64,000 nucleotides of DNA from Eledone cirrhosa (GCA_964016885.1 OZ024741.1:276830001-276894000), one strand, 5' to 3'; shown: positions 22,051 through 35,536, numbered from the stretch's first letter. Notes: generated by a model not told the origin, from the letters alone. Program-made: numbers and translations.

Positions 22051-25000
22051 ATAATAATAATAATAATGATTTCATTTATTAGCCACAAGGGCCGACATGT
22101 AGGGGACAATACAAAGACAGGGATAGTGGGGGTTTACAATAAGATCGAGTAAAAGTGCACAATGGCAAGACTAATTTAACAATGAAAATATAAAAATATA
22201 AAATAAACTATGCATAAATATAACAATAAAATCCCTGATAGGGGGTGGACGACCCTGGGGTGATTCGGGTACCCCACCAATCCTGAACCACCCTGCGCTT
22301 CTAGGGCACCCAGGGAGAGCACTCCTCTCATCAAGTTAGCTAGCCTATAGGCGCATGGTCAGAGTAGGCCCATTCACACGAACCATTCTCGCCACATTCA
22401 CCCACCTTTTAGCAAATGTACTGGGGGGCAGCACTTCTCTCTCCACCCTCACCTTCCTTTCCAGGTGAAACTTGAAGAAGTTGATGAGGGATTGGCCGAA
22501 GAGAAAAGTGTCTGTCTTTAGTCCTTTCAACCTGGTCCACCATATAATCTCTTTCGCAACTGCCACCAGACAGAGGAAAATTTCCTGCTCTTCCTGACCT
22601 AAGGAAGGCGGTGGATCGATCTTCACTATGGACTCGGCCGATAGCCGGATTCGTTCCACACGCGACAGTAGCTGTTCGACATAACTCCACAAGTCAGTAA
22701 TGCACGGACATTGGACAAGTGCGTGCAGAACGGTTTCGTCGTTCTGTGCGCATCTTGAGCAGGTCCGTCTGACAGCACTTCCGTGCCTGTAGAGTTTATC
22801 CCGAACCGGCAGTGCCCCCGGTAGCACTGCCAAGCGAGGGATTTCTGGAAATTGTCCATCGTCCCCGGCTTACAAGTACTCCGGTACAGACTGGTCAGTT
22901 CGACTTCGTCGAGGCCCAAAGCTTCTCCAAGTGCGTCATCGCGCTTGCCCACCACTAATCCTCTATAGAACTCGAGAGTGGAAGTTCCACTGATCGCATT
23001 GCCCGCTTGGTAGAGGGCAGTGAGTGCCTGGCAATATTCCAGGTGCCAGTCACCCAGTCTCGGTCTCTTCTTGACCCAGGACTGCAGCTCAGTCAAAGAA
23101 ATGAGCTGCGGAAAGGCCCGTCTGATAAACGGCGACCACACCTGTTCACCGTTGAGGCAGAATATCTGGAGATGTCGCAGCCTCAACGCATGTCTGCGCA
23201 TCATTAGCCACGGCATGCCTAGCCCTCCGCGTAGAGGGTGCTGGCAGCAGATGGACCGCCTCACCAACGGAACTTGTCCCCTCCACAAGAATTTGAAGAG
23301 GAGCCGTTCCAACTTGACGAGGCGCGGACGAGGGCAAGGCACGACGGTCAGGCGGTAGTAGATGACGGACGCGATGTACGCATTCGCCACCTCCGCGCGA
23401 CCTTTCAGTGATAGCTTCCTCCCAGCCCATTTTTGGGTGAGACTGGCTACTCTGCTCGTTACCTCGTCCCAATTCTTTTCCACCTGTAGGTCTGGTCCGA
23501 ACCAAACCACGAGCAACTTTACCGGTCCGTCCGTCCAGCGCCTCACAACGCTGTTGGACGGCATGGGCTTGCCTCTCCAGGTTCCGAGCTGCAAGCCCAC
23601 CGACTTTTCCGGGTTAAGTTTGGCTCCTGCGAACCTTTCATATTCCTTCAATAAGGTGCCGACCACCTCAATTTCTGAGGTGTTCGACACCATCACGGTG
23701 ATGTCGTCCGCATAAGCTGACACCGCCTTTCCACGTCCCGGTTCGAGCGGGATGCCCTGCAACAGCTCCAGCTTCCGCAGTAAAGGCTCGAGAGTCAATA
23801 CGTACAGAAGGGAAGAGAGAGGGCACCCTTGACGGACCGATCGGGAGAGCCGAAATGGTTCCGAGAGGTGGCCATTAACCTAGACCACCGAGCGTGTGCC
23901 GCTGTGCATTGCAACGATCCAGCTTCTAAAGACAGGGCCGAAGCCAGCTGCTTTGAGGACAAACTCCAGATACCGGTGGTCGACCCTATCGAATGCTTTC
24001 GATTGATCTAAATTGATCAGTGCCCCACCGAAGCCAGGTTTACACCCTACCCTCTCTATGATGTATCGCATGAGGTGGAGATTGTCGTGTATGGACCTGG
24101 CTGGGATTGCGTAAGTTTGCGCCTCCCCAACCAAATCCTCGACGACAAGCGCCAATCGCTTTGCTAACACCTTGGCCAAAATCTTAAACTCTGTGTTGAG
24201 CAGAGTTATGGGCCTGAAGTTGTCTAATGTATCCCTCTTGTTCTCGTCTTTACTTATCAGCGTCACCACTCCCCTGCTCACAGAACTGGGAATACTCCAT
24301 TCTGCTGCCAGTTGCAGTAGTGTGCTTCGAGGAGTTCGGAGAACAAGTCTGCATATTTACGTAAAGCTCGTAGGGCGGGCCAACGAAACCGGGTGACTTG
24401 CGCCTCATGCAGCCGACAAGGGCGTCCTGAATTTCGGCTGAAGTAATCGGCCTTTCGCAGCACTCAGCGTCGACCGTCGAGATGCGCGGCAAGCCGTCAG
24501 GGTAGGGACTGAAATCCGCTACTCTCTCTGACTGGCCACTCTCCCTGAACAACCGAGTAAAGTGCTGGCGAAAGGCCTCACACATCCGCTTGGAATCGCT
24601 TATCTCGTGTCCGTCTCGGTCCGCCAAAGACCGAATTGTGGTTTTATTACACGCTGCGCCTCCGCCACGCGGGCCCAGCGAACAGCTTTAGTTCCCTCGT
24701 TTCTCAGCGCACGCGCCTTAGCTCTGACAATGCAACCTTCGTGTTTGGCATTGAAGATATGGTCTAATGCCATTCTCGCCGCTAGCACGTCAGTTGCGAT
24801 GCCATTACAAATAGCCTCGTCTAACTTATCTACCAGCTCCCTCTCCTTTCTATTTTTCTCTAACGCTAGTTCTTTGCTGAACTCTATCGAAGTTACTCTA
24901 ATCTCTCTTTTGAGAGCCACCCACCATCTGTTGTTGATGATCCCCCCTGTCAACTTTTGCTTAACTAGATTGTTGACTCGGTCCCTGTAAGCCTTACGTG

Positions 25001-26262
25001 CCGGAAATGACATGTTCAGCTTCCAGTAACCCGGTCCTAACCTACGCGTTTTATTTAGGTCGACCGTACAGATCACAAATTTGTGATCTGAATAGGCGAC
25101 CGTTTTAAAAAGTGGACAGCCCACACTATTTCTATCTATTTTCCTAATGAAGATCCTGTCTATATACGATCTAGATGACCCCATTCGGTTGGTCCATGTC
25201 CATACTGGCACATTGGGGAAATCTAGTCGATACCTGTCAGACAGTTGGAACTGGCTGAGTAGGTTCTTGAGGCTTTTGCACCCCCCGCTCCTATCGGCTA
25301 CTCCCACACAATCCCAGCGTGCGTCTAAGACCATTCCACTCCCCCGCTAACAGTAAAGGGCGAGACGTACCCAGAAAGGTCTCCAGGCGCCTAAAGAAGT
25401 CAGGTCGTCCGGCCCCTGTAGGGGCGTAGACGGCCAGCAGTCTAAAGGCACCACCTTCGCTACTGCTCACATCCAAGACCACCAACTTACCGTCCGGGTC
25501 CCGGAAGATCGACCTTACCTCGAGATCCAGTCCTTTCCTAAACAGCACTGCCCCCCCCCCCCCCATTCCCGGCCTGCTAACAGATGCGAAGATCTGATAG
25601 TCGTCGAAAATGGGGGCTAGTGCGCGCGTGTCGGAAATTCTGGTCTCGCTTATGGCAATCACATCCATTTCCAGCGACCGGAGGTCGTTGAGCAGGCGAC
25701 CCTGCTTCCAGGGTGACCCCAGGCCGCGAACATTTAAACTTCCTACTCTTAATATGGCCATATTGGTAAGCTAAGAGAGAGAGAGGGAAGGTTTACTTAC
25801 CTCCCGGGTCTTGTGAAGGTCGGGTGGTTCGACCTCCATGGTTGGTGGGGTTTCTTTTGGGAACCCCTTTAAAAGTTTTGATGTGGGTTTCACATTCGGG
25901 GTTACCACGTCTTGAGGAAAGCTCTCTCGAATTTCTTTGAAGGCATTGAGTGACATTCGGACCAGAAGCAAATCTTCTGGCACGCAAAATGTGCTCATTT
26001 CAAGTTTTCTCTGTTTTTTTGCATTTTGGGGTTTTCCTTCATCTTCGCTGCTGGAAGACAAAGGGTCTGTGTCTGTGAGTGTCTCTGTGTCTGTGTGTGC
26101 GTTTATTGTTTTGTCTATGTGTATAATTAGGGGGGGGGGGGAGAGCTTTCCTCGTTTTCTCCTTGGATTGGTTTTGGTGTTGGTGGTGATCCGGCTGCTT
26201 TTGATGTTGGTGTCCGTGTTTTTGTTGGTGTTGTTTTTGGTGGTGGTGGTGGTGCAGCTTTC
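22051..26262 (-). mobile_element. Second, 5'-truncated and frameshifted copy of the same Tx1 family
   Basis: ORF2 is split into pieces (25291-25761, 24600-25334, 24250-24627, 23880-24281, 22626-23798, 22345-22833); ORF1 C-terminal remnant 25795-26260; same 3' end ...gccacaagggccgacat. Confidence 0.93.
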
Positions 26263-26385
26263 CGTAATAATAATTGTTTCTACTTTTTGGCACAAGGCCA
26301 GCAATTATTCCAGTGCATTACTGGTACTTTATTTTATCGACCCTGTAAGGATGAAAGGCAAAGTTAACCTCGGCGGGAATTGAAA
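26263..26385 (-). mobile_element. 5'-truncated main-family SINE whose (ATT)n tail abuts Tx1 copy 2
   Basis: Reverse complement of cccgccgaggttaactttgcctttcatcc...gccttgtgccaaaaagtagaaacaattattattac. Confidence 0.85.
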
Positions 26386-26463
26386 CAATAATAGTAATAT
26401 ATACGCACATATCACACACACACATATATATATACGTATATATATATACGTATATATATATAC

Positions 26464-26550
<87 letters not shown>

Positions 26551-26555
26551 ATATA

Positions 26556-26603
<48 letters not shown>

Positions 26604-26669
26604 TATATACAATATATATATATACATGTGTATATATATATGTACACACACACACACACACACACACAG

Positions 26670-26716
<47 letters not shown>

Positions 26717-26919
26717 CTTAGATACACATACACACGCCCAATCACATACATAGCGCTTAAATATAATAAAATAAAGATCCCAACGACCCTTGGAAAATTA
26801 GTTTTCCGGGGCCATGTTTTAAAGAATGTAGAACTGGTGTCGCTTGAAGGGAGAAATGGAAAACTCGGATGAGTGATGGGAGGTGAGAGGTGGAAGTGGG
26901 GGATGGTGTGGGAGGTCAG

Positions 26920-28120
26920 CTGGTTAATGGTGTGTTGGTGGTAGTGTAGGTGGTAGTGTAGGTGGTAGTGTAGGTGGTGGTGATGGTAGTAGTAGTGGTG
27001 CTGATGGCAGTAGTAGTGGTGGTAGTAATATTGGTGGTGGTGATGGTTCTGGTAGTGATGGTGGTGTAGGTGGTGGTGGTGGTGGTGCTAGTATTATTGG
27101 TGGTGATGGTGGTGGTGCTGGTAGTAGTGGTGATACTATTATTGTTAGTGATGGTGCTGGTAACGGTATAGGTGGTGGTGGTGGTGGTGGTGGTGGTGGC
27201 AGTAGTAGTGAAGGTGTAGGTGGTGGTGGTGGTGGTGGTGTTGGTAGTAGTGGTGATAGTATTATTGGTGGTGATGGTGGTGGTGGTGGTGGTGATGGTG
27301 ATGGTGGCAGTAGTAGTGATGGTGTAGGTGGTGGTGGTGGTGGTGTTGGTAGTAGTGGTGATAGTATTATTGGTGGTGATGGTGGTGGTGGTGGTGGTGA
27401 TGGTGATGGTGGCAGTAGTAGTGATGGTGTAGGTGGTGGTGGTGGTGGTGTTGGTAGTAGTGGTGATAGTATTATTGGTGGTGATGGTGTAGGTGGTGGT
27501 GGTGGTGGTGTTGGTAGTAGTGGTGATAGTATTATTGGTGGTGATGGTGTAGGTGGTGGTGGTGGTGGTGTTGGTAGTAGTGGTGATAGTATTATTGGTG
27601 GTGATGGTGTAGGTGGTGGTGGTGGTGGTGTTGGTAGTAGTGGTGATAGTATTATTGGTGGTGATGGTGGTGGTGGTGGTGGTGATGGTGATGGTGGTAC
27701 TATTATTGTTAGTGATGGTGCTGGTGACGGTATAGGTGGTGGTGGTGGTGGTGGTGGTGGTGGCAGTAGTAGTGATGGTGTAGATGGTGGTGGTGGTGGT
27801 GTTGGTAGTAGTGGTGATAGTATTATTGGTGGTGGTGGTGGTGGTGGTGGTGGTGATGGTGATGGTGGCAGTAGTAGTGATGGTGTAGGTGGTGGTGGTG
27901 GTGGTGTTGGTAGTAGTGGTGATAGTATTATTGGTGGTGGTGGTGGTGGTGGTGGTGGTGGTGATGGTGGTAGTGGTGGTGGTAGTGTAGGTGGTGGTGG
28001 TGGTGGTGGTGGTGGTGGTGATGGTGGTAGTGGTGGTGGTAGTTGTGGTGGTGGTAGTTGTGGTTCTGGTGCTGATGGCAGTGGCGGTAGTTTTATTGAT
28101 GGTGTTGGGGTAGGAAGGTA
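26920..28120. repeat. (GGT)n-derived minisatellite with ~60 bp higher-order units
   Basis: Repeated ggtgatggtgtaggtggt...gttggtagtagtggtgatagtattatt. Confidence 0.9.
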
Positions 28121-28169
28121 GTGGTCAGAGGTGGGTGCAAAGATAATATGACGCATTTCGTGCAACAGA

Positions 28170-29746
28170 TACCACCACCATTGGCACCACCCTCAGCTCC
28201 ACCACCACCACCACTACTGCCAGCACCACCACCATTGGCACCACCCTCATCTCCACCACCACCACCACTACTGCCACCACCACCACCATTGGCACCACCC
28301 TCAGCTCCACCACCACCACCACCACTGCCAGCACCACCACCATTGGCACCACCCTCAGCTCCACCACCACCACCACTACTGCCACCACCACCACCATTGG
28401 CACCACCCTCAGCTCCACCACCACCACCACCACTGCCAGCACCACCACCATTGGCACCACCCTCAGCTCCACCACCACCACCACCACTGCCAGCACCACC
28501 ACCATGGCACCACCCTCAGCTCCACCACCCACCACCACCACTACTTCCACCACCACCATTGGCACCACCCTCAGCTCCACCACCACCACCACTACTGCCA
28601 CCACCACCACCATTTGCACCACCCTCAGCTCCACCACCACCACTACTGCCACCACCACCACCATTGGCACCACCCTCAGCTCCACCACCACCACCACTAC
28701 TGCCACCACCACCACCATTTGCACCACCCTCAGCTCCACCACCACCACTACTGCCACCACCACCACCATTGGCACCACCCTCAGCTCCACCACCACCACC
28801 ACTACTGCCAGCACCACCACCATTGGCACCACCCTCAGCTCCACCACCACCACCACTACTGCCAGCACCACCACCACCACCACCCTCATCTCCACCACCA
28901 CCACCACTACTGCCAGCACCACCACCATTTGCACCACCCTCATCTCCTCCACCACCACCACTACTGCCAGCACCACCACCATTTGCACCACCCTCATCTC
29001 CACCACCACCACCACTACTGCCACCACCACCACCATTTGCACCACCCTCATCTCCTCCACCACCACCACCATTTGCACCACCCTCATCTCCACCACCACC
29101 ACCACTACTGCCACCACCACCACCATTTGCACCACCCTCATCTCCACCACCACCACCACTACTGCCACCACCACCACCATTTGCACCACCCTCAGCTCCA
29201 CCACCACCACCACCACTACTTCCACCACCACCACCATTTGCACCACCCTCATCTCCACCACCACCACCACTACTGCCAGCACCACCACCATTTGCACCAC
29301 CCTCAGCTCCACCACCACCACCACTACTGCCACCACCACCACCATTTGCACCACCCTCAGCTCCACCACCACCACTACTGCCACCACCACCACCATTTGC
29401 ACCACCCTCAGCTCCACCACCACCACCACTACTGCCAGCACCACCACCATTTGCACCACCCTCATCTCCACCACCACCACCACTACTGCCAGCACCACCA
29501 CCATTTGCACCACCCTCAGCTCCACCACCACCACTACTGCCACCACCACCACCATTTGCACCACCCTCAGCTCCACCACCACCACCACTACTGCCAGCAC
29601 CACCACCATTTGCACCACCCTCAGCTCCACCACCACCACCACTACTGCCAGCACCACCACCATTTGCACCACCCTCATCTCCACCACCACCACTACTGCC
29701 ACCACCACCACCATTTGCACCACCCTCAGCTCCACCACCACCACCA
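28170..29746. repeat. (ACC)n-derived ~60 bp minisatellite, opposite strand polarity to the previous array
   Basis: Repeated att(g/t)gcaccaccctca(g/t)ctccaccaccaccaccactactgcca(g/c)cacc. Confidence 0.9.
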
Positions 29747-29868
29747 GAGTCAGCAACAGCAGCAAGACCAACAATAAAAACAACATATCTGAAACAAAAT
29801 TTATATATTTATTCAGCATCGTCAGCTTCTCTCTCTCTCACTCTCTCTCTCCCTCTCTATTCCCTCTC

Positions 29869-29936
<68 letters not shown>

Positions 29937-29952
29937 TTTCTACCCCCTCTCT

Positions 29953-30031
<79 letters not shown>

Positions 30032-30164
30032 AGAATATTTTCGAAACAGCGAGTGGGTTTGAAATTATTAGAAATGTAAGCTTTCGCCGTATTTTGACTA
30101 AAGAAATTAAAGAAATTACTTAGCCATGCGTCTTCACTATATATATATACACACACACACACAT

Positions 30165-30231
<67 letters not shown>

Positions 30232-30234
<3 letters not shown>

Positions 30235-30827
30235 TGGCTGCCAACTCGTTTTCGAGTACGGCCTCTACTTTATATCAATGTAGGAGAACCCCTACCGATG
30301 CGCTGAACGTGAGTGACTTTTTAGTCCAGCCAGTGACTTGAAAACTCTGGTACAAACACTACACCTGTGACAATTATTGACACATAGTGCTGGTTCCATG
30401 TGACGACAAGTGCAGAGAGATCTGCAGATATAAAGCAATGCCTGTGCCGTGAAGCTTTTATAGTGAGCAAAGGCACTGCACAAAACCAGTCCCACTCTCT
30501 TAACCAAGATGATATTTACCAAAAAGAAGAACAAGTCAACATCATCGGATACTATCAGGGCTGCAGGTGTTATATCAGAGTTTTCCTTCTCCTAGAATTC
30601 TGCCTTGACAAAGGCTAAGGGGTCATCTCTCCCGGTGATTGTGGATGGCCATTGACTCTTAAGAGCTCCTTTGCTCTTTGACAGGTTTTGTTTTTAGTCC
30701 TGCAGGATGTCCAAAGTCACCCTCCTCACCAAGAAACCTTGGTGGGGTTGCCAGTTTAGTCGCCAACGACCATGAGACAGGTTGTACTGGGATACATGTT
30801 ACCAGTAGCACCAACTGGTGACCTGAC

Positions 30828-30830
<3 letters not shown>
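30232..30830 (-). mobile_element. Internally deleted RTE-type LINE derivative (5'UTR-like part fused to the 3' end)
   Basis: C-terminal C2H2 motif CSVCTRVFKSLAGLKSHSRSAH followed by a short 3' UTR into (TA)n; related fragment at 43365-43540. Confidence 0.55.
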
Positions 30831-30876
<46 letters not shown>

Positions 30877-30884
30877 ATTATTAT

Positions 30885-31292
30885 AATACTTGAGGAGGGT
30901 CATATTTGTGTAATATTGCCAGAATTAATAACAGAACACACTCACTTGGTTTGGTTGGTTTTCGCTTCTGTGTCTTTTATATCGGTAATCTAATTTATTC
31001 GGTCCTCAATGTTACCATTGACTGACCAACGGTCAAAAATAATACAGATACAATATAGACACAAACACATATATATAGTTTATCAAAGTTCTTTCGTTGC
31101 ACATCTGCAACATCGTCAGTGGTGCTATTGTTTCCTCCCGTTGCATTGTATTTTCTACGCCATCTTGAAAATAAATTAGATTACCGATATAAAAGACACA
31201 GAAGCGAAAAGCGAAAACCAACCAAACAGTGAGTGTGTTCTGTTATTAATTCTGGCAATATTACAGAAATATGACCCTCCCCAAGTATAACA
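30885..31292 (-). mobile_element. Family C hammerhead module with an inverted copy of its own 3' segment
   Basis: Ribozyme at 31082-31123 (CUGACGA u guugca-gaug-ugcaac GAAA gaacuu); 30885-30998 is inverted at 31170-31292. Confidence 0.78.
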
Positions 31293-31339
31293 ATATTTGT
31301 TTCGACACACGATTTCATATCAAAAACCTCGCAAAACTA

Positions 31340-31376
<37 letters not shown>

Positions 31377-31711
31377 AAAAAAAGATGAAATCGAAAATGA
31401 AACTGGAGTCTTATTTTTAAAAATATATATTTGGGGGGGGGGGGGGGGGGTCCTTTACCGGTTTCGCAGTTCTTCTGCTTTTCAAAAGTAGAGTTGAGAT
31501 GGAGGGTCTGTGGTTTTTCTCACATCTGGTTGGTCTCTGAATGTTACTTGTTTTATATGGAAAAAGTGGCTCGAAATGCCAGGTGTTTCGAGAAGCAATT
31601 TGATTGGTTGGTCAATAATTATAATAAATTTCGCGCCAGTTCGCGTTACAAAGTTCTTCAAACAAGGTGGGGGGGGGGGGGGGGGGGTCACAGGTGGATT
31701 TTTCATATATG

Positions 31712-32030
31712 AGTGTTTGAATTTCTTTTTACTTAAAAAAAGGGGGCTCACGAGGCTTTTTTTAAATAAACGTAATTTGATTGGTTATAAATGAAATTAT
31801 GGCTGTCACGTGAACAAGTTTTCATTAAATTTTTGCGCCCTTATTTGGAAATCCATTCTGTACCCTTTTTAGAGAATTTTATGATAAGTAAAAGATAATG
31901 GTCAAGAGAAATGGGATGGGAGAATTGTTCTGGTTCAGTGAATACGGTTAGTTCGCTGGGGTGTCAGAATTCAGATTTTCTATTGAATAAAGAAAGTAAA
32001 GATATGTATGTTTATTTGTGTGCTTGTGTG

Positions 32031-32076
<46 letters not shown>

Positions 32077-32396
32077 GTGTGTGTGTGTTTGAATTTCTTT
32101 TTACCTAAAAAAAAGCGGCTCACGAAGGCTTTTTTTTAATAAACGTAATTTGATTGGTTATAAATGAAATTATAGCTGTCATGTGAACAAGTTTTCATTA
32201 AATTTTCGCGCCCTTATTTGGAAATCTATTCTGTAGCCTTTTTAGAGAATTTTATGACAAGCAAAAGATAATGGTCAAGAGAAATGGGATGGGAGAATTG
32301 TTCTGGTTCAGTGAATATGGTTAGTTCGCTGGGGTGTCAGAATTCACAGTTTCTATTGAATAAAGAAAGTAAAGATATGTATGTTTATTTGTGTGC

Positions 32397-32430
<34 letters not shown>
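31712..32430. repeat. Tandem direct duplication, period ~373 bp
   Basis: 31715-32060 is repeated at 32086-32430, each copy ending in (TG)n. Confidence 0.9.
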
Positions 32431-32437
<7 letters not shown>

Positions 32438-32872
32438 TATTGGAAGATGATTCTATTAGTAGAAATGGGGGAGGGAGTTGTGTGTGTGTGTGTATATGGG
32501 TGTTATGTGTGTGTGTGTGGGAGTATGTTAAGATGGAGAGAATATATATTTTGTGTGTGTGTATATATGTGTGTAGGAAAGTGATTCTATTAGTAGAAAT
32601 GGGGGAGGGGAGTTGTGTGTGTGGGTGTGGGAGTTGTTATGTGTGTGTATGGGTGTTATGTGTGTGGGAGTATGGGTAGCATGTTAAGATGAAGAGAATA
32701 TATATATATATTGTGTGTGTGTGTGTGTGTAGGAAAATGATTCCTTTAGTAGGAATATTTTTGAATGAACATATTTTCCTTACTTATTCGTATTTGTTCT
32801 GTTGTATTGTCACTGCAAACGTATGTTAAGTTTTATTTAGTTCGTTTTTTTTTATTTTCTAAAGTAGAAGGT

Positions 32873-32999
32873 GTTATGTGTGTGTGTATGTGTCTGTTTG
32901 GATAGTTAGCATGTTATGGTGTTGACATAATGTATATTAAACCATATTTAATGCTGGTCTATATTTTTGAATAAACATATTTTCCATATATATATATAA

Positions 33000-33032
<33 letters not shown>

Positions 33033-33146
33033 GGAAAATATGTTTATTCAAAAATATAGACGAGCATTAAATATGGTTTAATATACATTATGTCAACACC
33101 ATAACATGCTAACTATCCAAACAGACACATACACACACACATAACT
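32873..33146. repeat. Near-perfect palindrome (~115 bp arms) centred on (TA)n
   Basis: gttatgtgtg...catattttcc (TA)n ggaaaatatg...cacacataac. Confidence 0.9.
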
Positions 33147-33151
33147 TCTAC

Positions 33152-33190
<39 letters not shown>

Positions 33191-33193
<3 letters not shown>

Positions 33194-33330
33194 TTAGTGG
33201 TTGGAACATTGGGCTTGCAATCGAAAGGTTGTGAGTTCAATTCTCGGACCGGGTGATGTGTTGTCTCCTTGAGTAAGACACTTTATTTCAATTTTGCTCC
33301 AGTTTATTCAGCTGTAGAAATGAGTACCGG
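33191..33330 (+). mobile_element. tRNA-derived SINE head, second family
   Basis: cttagtggtt...gagttcaattctcgg...ccttgagtaagacactttatttca; near-identical reverse copy at 53150-53295. Confidence 0.75.
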
Positions 33331-33534
33331 CCTGCCCGCCTGGCGTTATCTTATAGCTAATACACCACGACGTGCTGCGACCAGCGGCGCCCATTGGCGC
33401 CCGACAGACTGGTCGGTCAAGGTGATCAAGGTGATATATATATATATATATATATATACAAAATTCAATTAGTTACCTACCTAGCTATGCTTACACACTT
33501 TTACTAATTATTCCCTGTGATTGTTTCATATGTT

Positions 33535-33593
<59 letters not shown>

Positions 33594-34781
33594 AATTCAT
33601 TTCTAGTTGATATAAAATGCTCAGATGTATTCATTGGAATCTTGGAGCATATTCTACAGTGGATATGGCGCATGTCTCTCTGACATGACACCCTTCATTT
33701 AATTTTGGATATATATACGGCCCCTTAATTGTAGAGCTAACTCAGTTGAAAGGACTCGGCTGCTATTTCTAGTTGTCGATAACCCTAATCACGCCACTGG
33801 GATGAAGCTGGTGCGATATTTGTATTTTCAAAAAATGCAACACGTGTTGCTAGTCATTCGCAGATTTGGATTTGCTGTGTAAACACAGATAGTTAAATCT
33901 TCTCCCTTGTTGAAAATCCGGATTTGGCTACTGTGGTTTACCGATCAATTGATGGTGAAATATATTTCTTTAATGAAATATATACATGGAAGATTAACCA
34001 ATTTATAAGGTATCTATATTTAAAGTTCTAGTTAAACTTTAATTAGTTTCCTACCTAGCTACGTGTGCTTACACACTTTTACAAATTATTCCCTGTGATT
34101 GTTTCATATGTTTATTTTAGATATATATATGTCAATCAATTTCTAGTTGATATATATATATATATATTTATATATATATTCCCTTTCGCTTCTCCTCCTC
34201 GCTTTTGGTTGCCCGTGTCTCTCTCTCACTTTCTCCTGTCTATGTGTGAGGCAGCATGATTATACCAGCTCTGAGTCATAGCTGACCACCAGGCTAAAGT
34301 CTCCCAGGTTGGCCACAACTTACTTTCCCTAATTTTCTACGGTTACTTTTTGGCATGTTTCTTTCACATGTGTCTTCCCACGATGGGATCTGTACACTTT
34401 TTTTTCTTCCATTCCTTTCCTATTTTTCCCTTTCTTCCTCTCCCCCCCCCCTGTTCTTGCTCCTTTCCCTCCCTTTCCTTTTCTCTCTCCTTTTTTCTCT
34501 CTTTCACTCTCCTTTTCCACCTGGCCTTTTGATTAATAAAAGACTTCGGGCGCACCTGAACTACACCGATGTCCTGTAATTCAGCACCGAAACATCGGTT
34601 CGGGAAACATTTACAGCTGACGATGGAAACTCCTTTCTTCCTTTCTCCTCCTGTTCCGTCCTAACCACCATCCTAAACCTTGTTTTTAGTAACCACACAA
34701 CTCCTTTCGTTTCATAACTTTATATATATGTTTATATATATATATATATAATATATATTTATATATATATATATATTATAT

Positions 34782-34834
<53 letters not shown>

Positions 34835-35042
34835 TACGGGGTAACAAATAATAGTTAAATGCAGTCCACTTAGGTGAAGTCCAGTTATGGTATTCCAGGT
34901 AGTGGATGATATTAACGCTTGGCTTGGTTTGACTCAACAAGGCGTTTTCATAGTGATGCTGCGGGTATGCCGTAATTCCTATGTTGTAAACACTTAGAGT
35001 AATAATAAATCAGGAAAGAAGGTATTTTCTTCATTCTCGCAT

Positions 35043-35148
35043 GCTCCGAAGATCTGACTGGTTATAATTTTGTATTGGCGATCGAGTAACGCGAAAGTAA
35101 GCGAATACCGATCTCTAGACCTACCAGCTCAGTGAAACAAATGTAAGC
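35043..35148 (+). ncRNA. Hammerhead-like motif, U4C core, ~80 nt stem II, family I
   Basis: gct CCGAAGA tctgactggt...accagctcagt GAAA caaatg TA agc. Confidence 0.6.
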
Positions 35149-35227
35149 TATGTGATTAAACCTTTTTTGTATAGCAAACCATGTCAACCTTCTTTCCTGA
35201 TATATAATATATATATATATATATATA

Positions 35228-35320
35228 TAAGGTCTATTGAGCTTGTTTATTGAGAATCACATAATTCCAACATATTCAATATGTTTCATTTGTATATATA
35301 TAAATATATATATATATATT

Positions 35321-35352
<32 letters not shown>

Positions 35353-35417
35353 CAAATGAAACATATTGAATATGTTGGAATTATGTGATTCTCAATAAAC
35401 AAGCTCAATAGACCTTA
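35228..35417. repeat. Perfect palindrome (~65 bp arms) centred on (TA)n
   Basis: aaggtctattgagc...ttcatttgta (TA)n tacaaatgaa...gctcaatagacctt. Confidence 0.9.
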
Positions 35418-35447
35418 TATATATATATATTATATATATATATATAT

Positions 35448-35483
<36 letters not shown>

Positions 35484-35536
35484 AAGTTATGAAACGAAAG
35501 GAGTTGTGTGGTTATATGCATATATGCACATACATA

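Noticed and set aside
26924-30123. Long Pro-rich, Thr-rich, His-rich and Val-rich ORFs (extensin/mucin-like)
   Set aside because: Open in several frames and on both strands because trinucleotide-derived minisatellites lack stops; no signal peptide, splice or domain evidence
33191-33265. tRNA gene
   Set aside because: A/B boxes continue into a SINE body found in several copies; no complete cloverleaf
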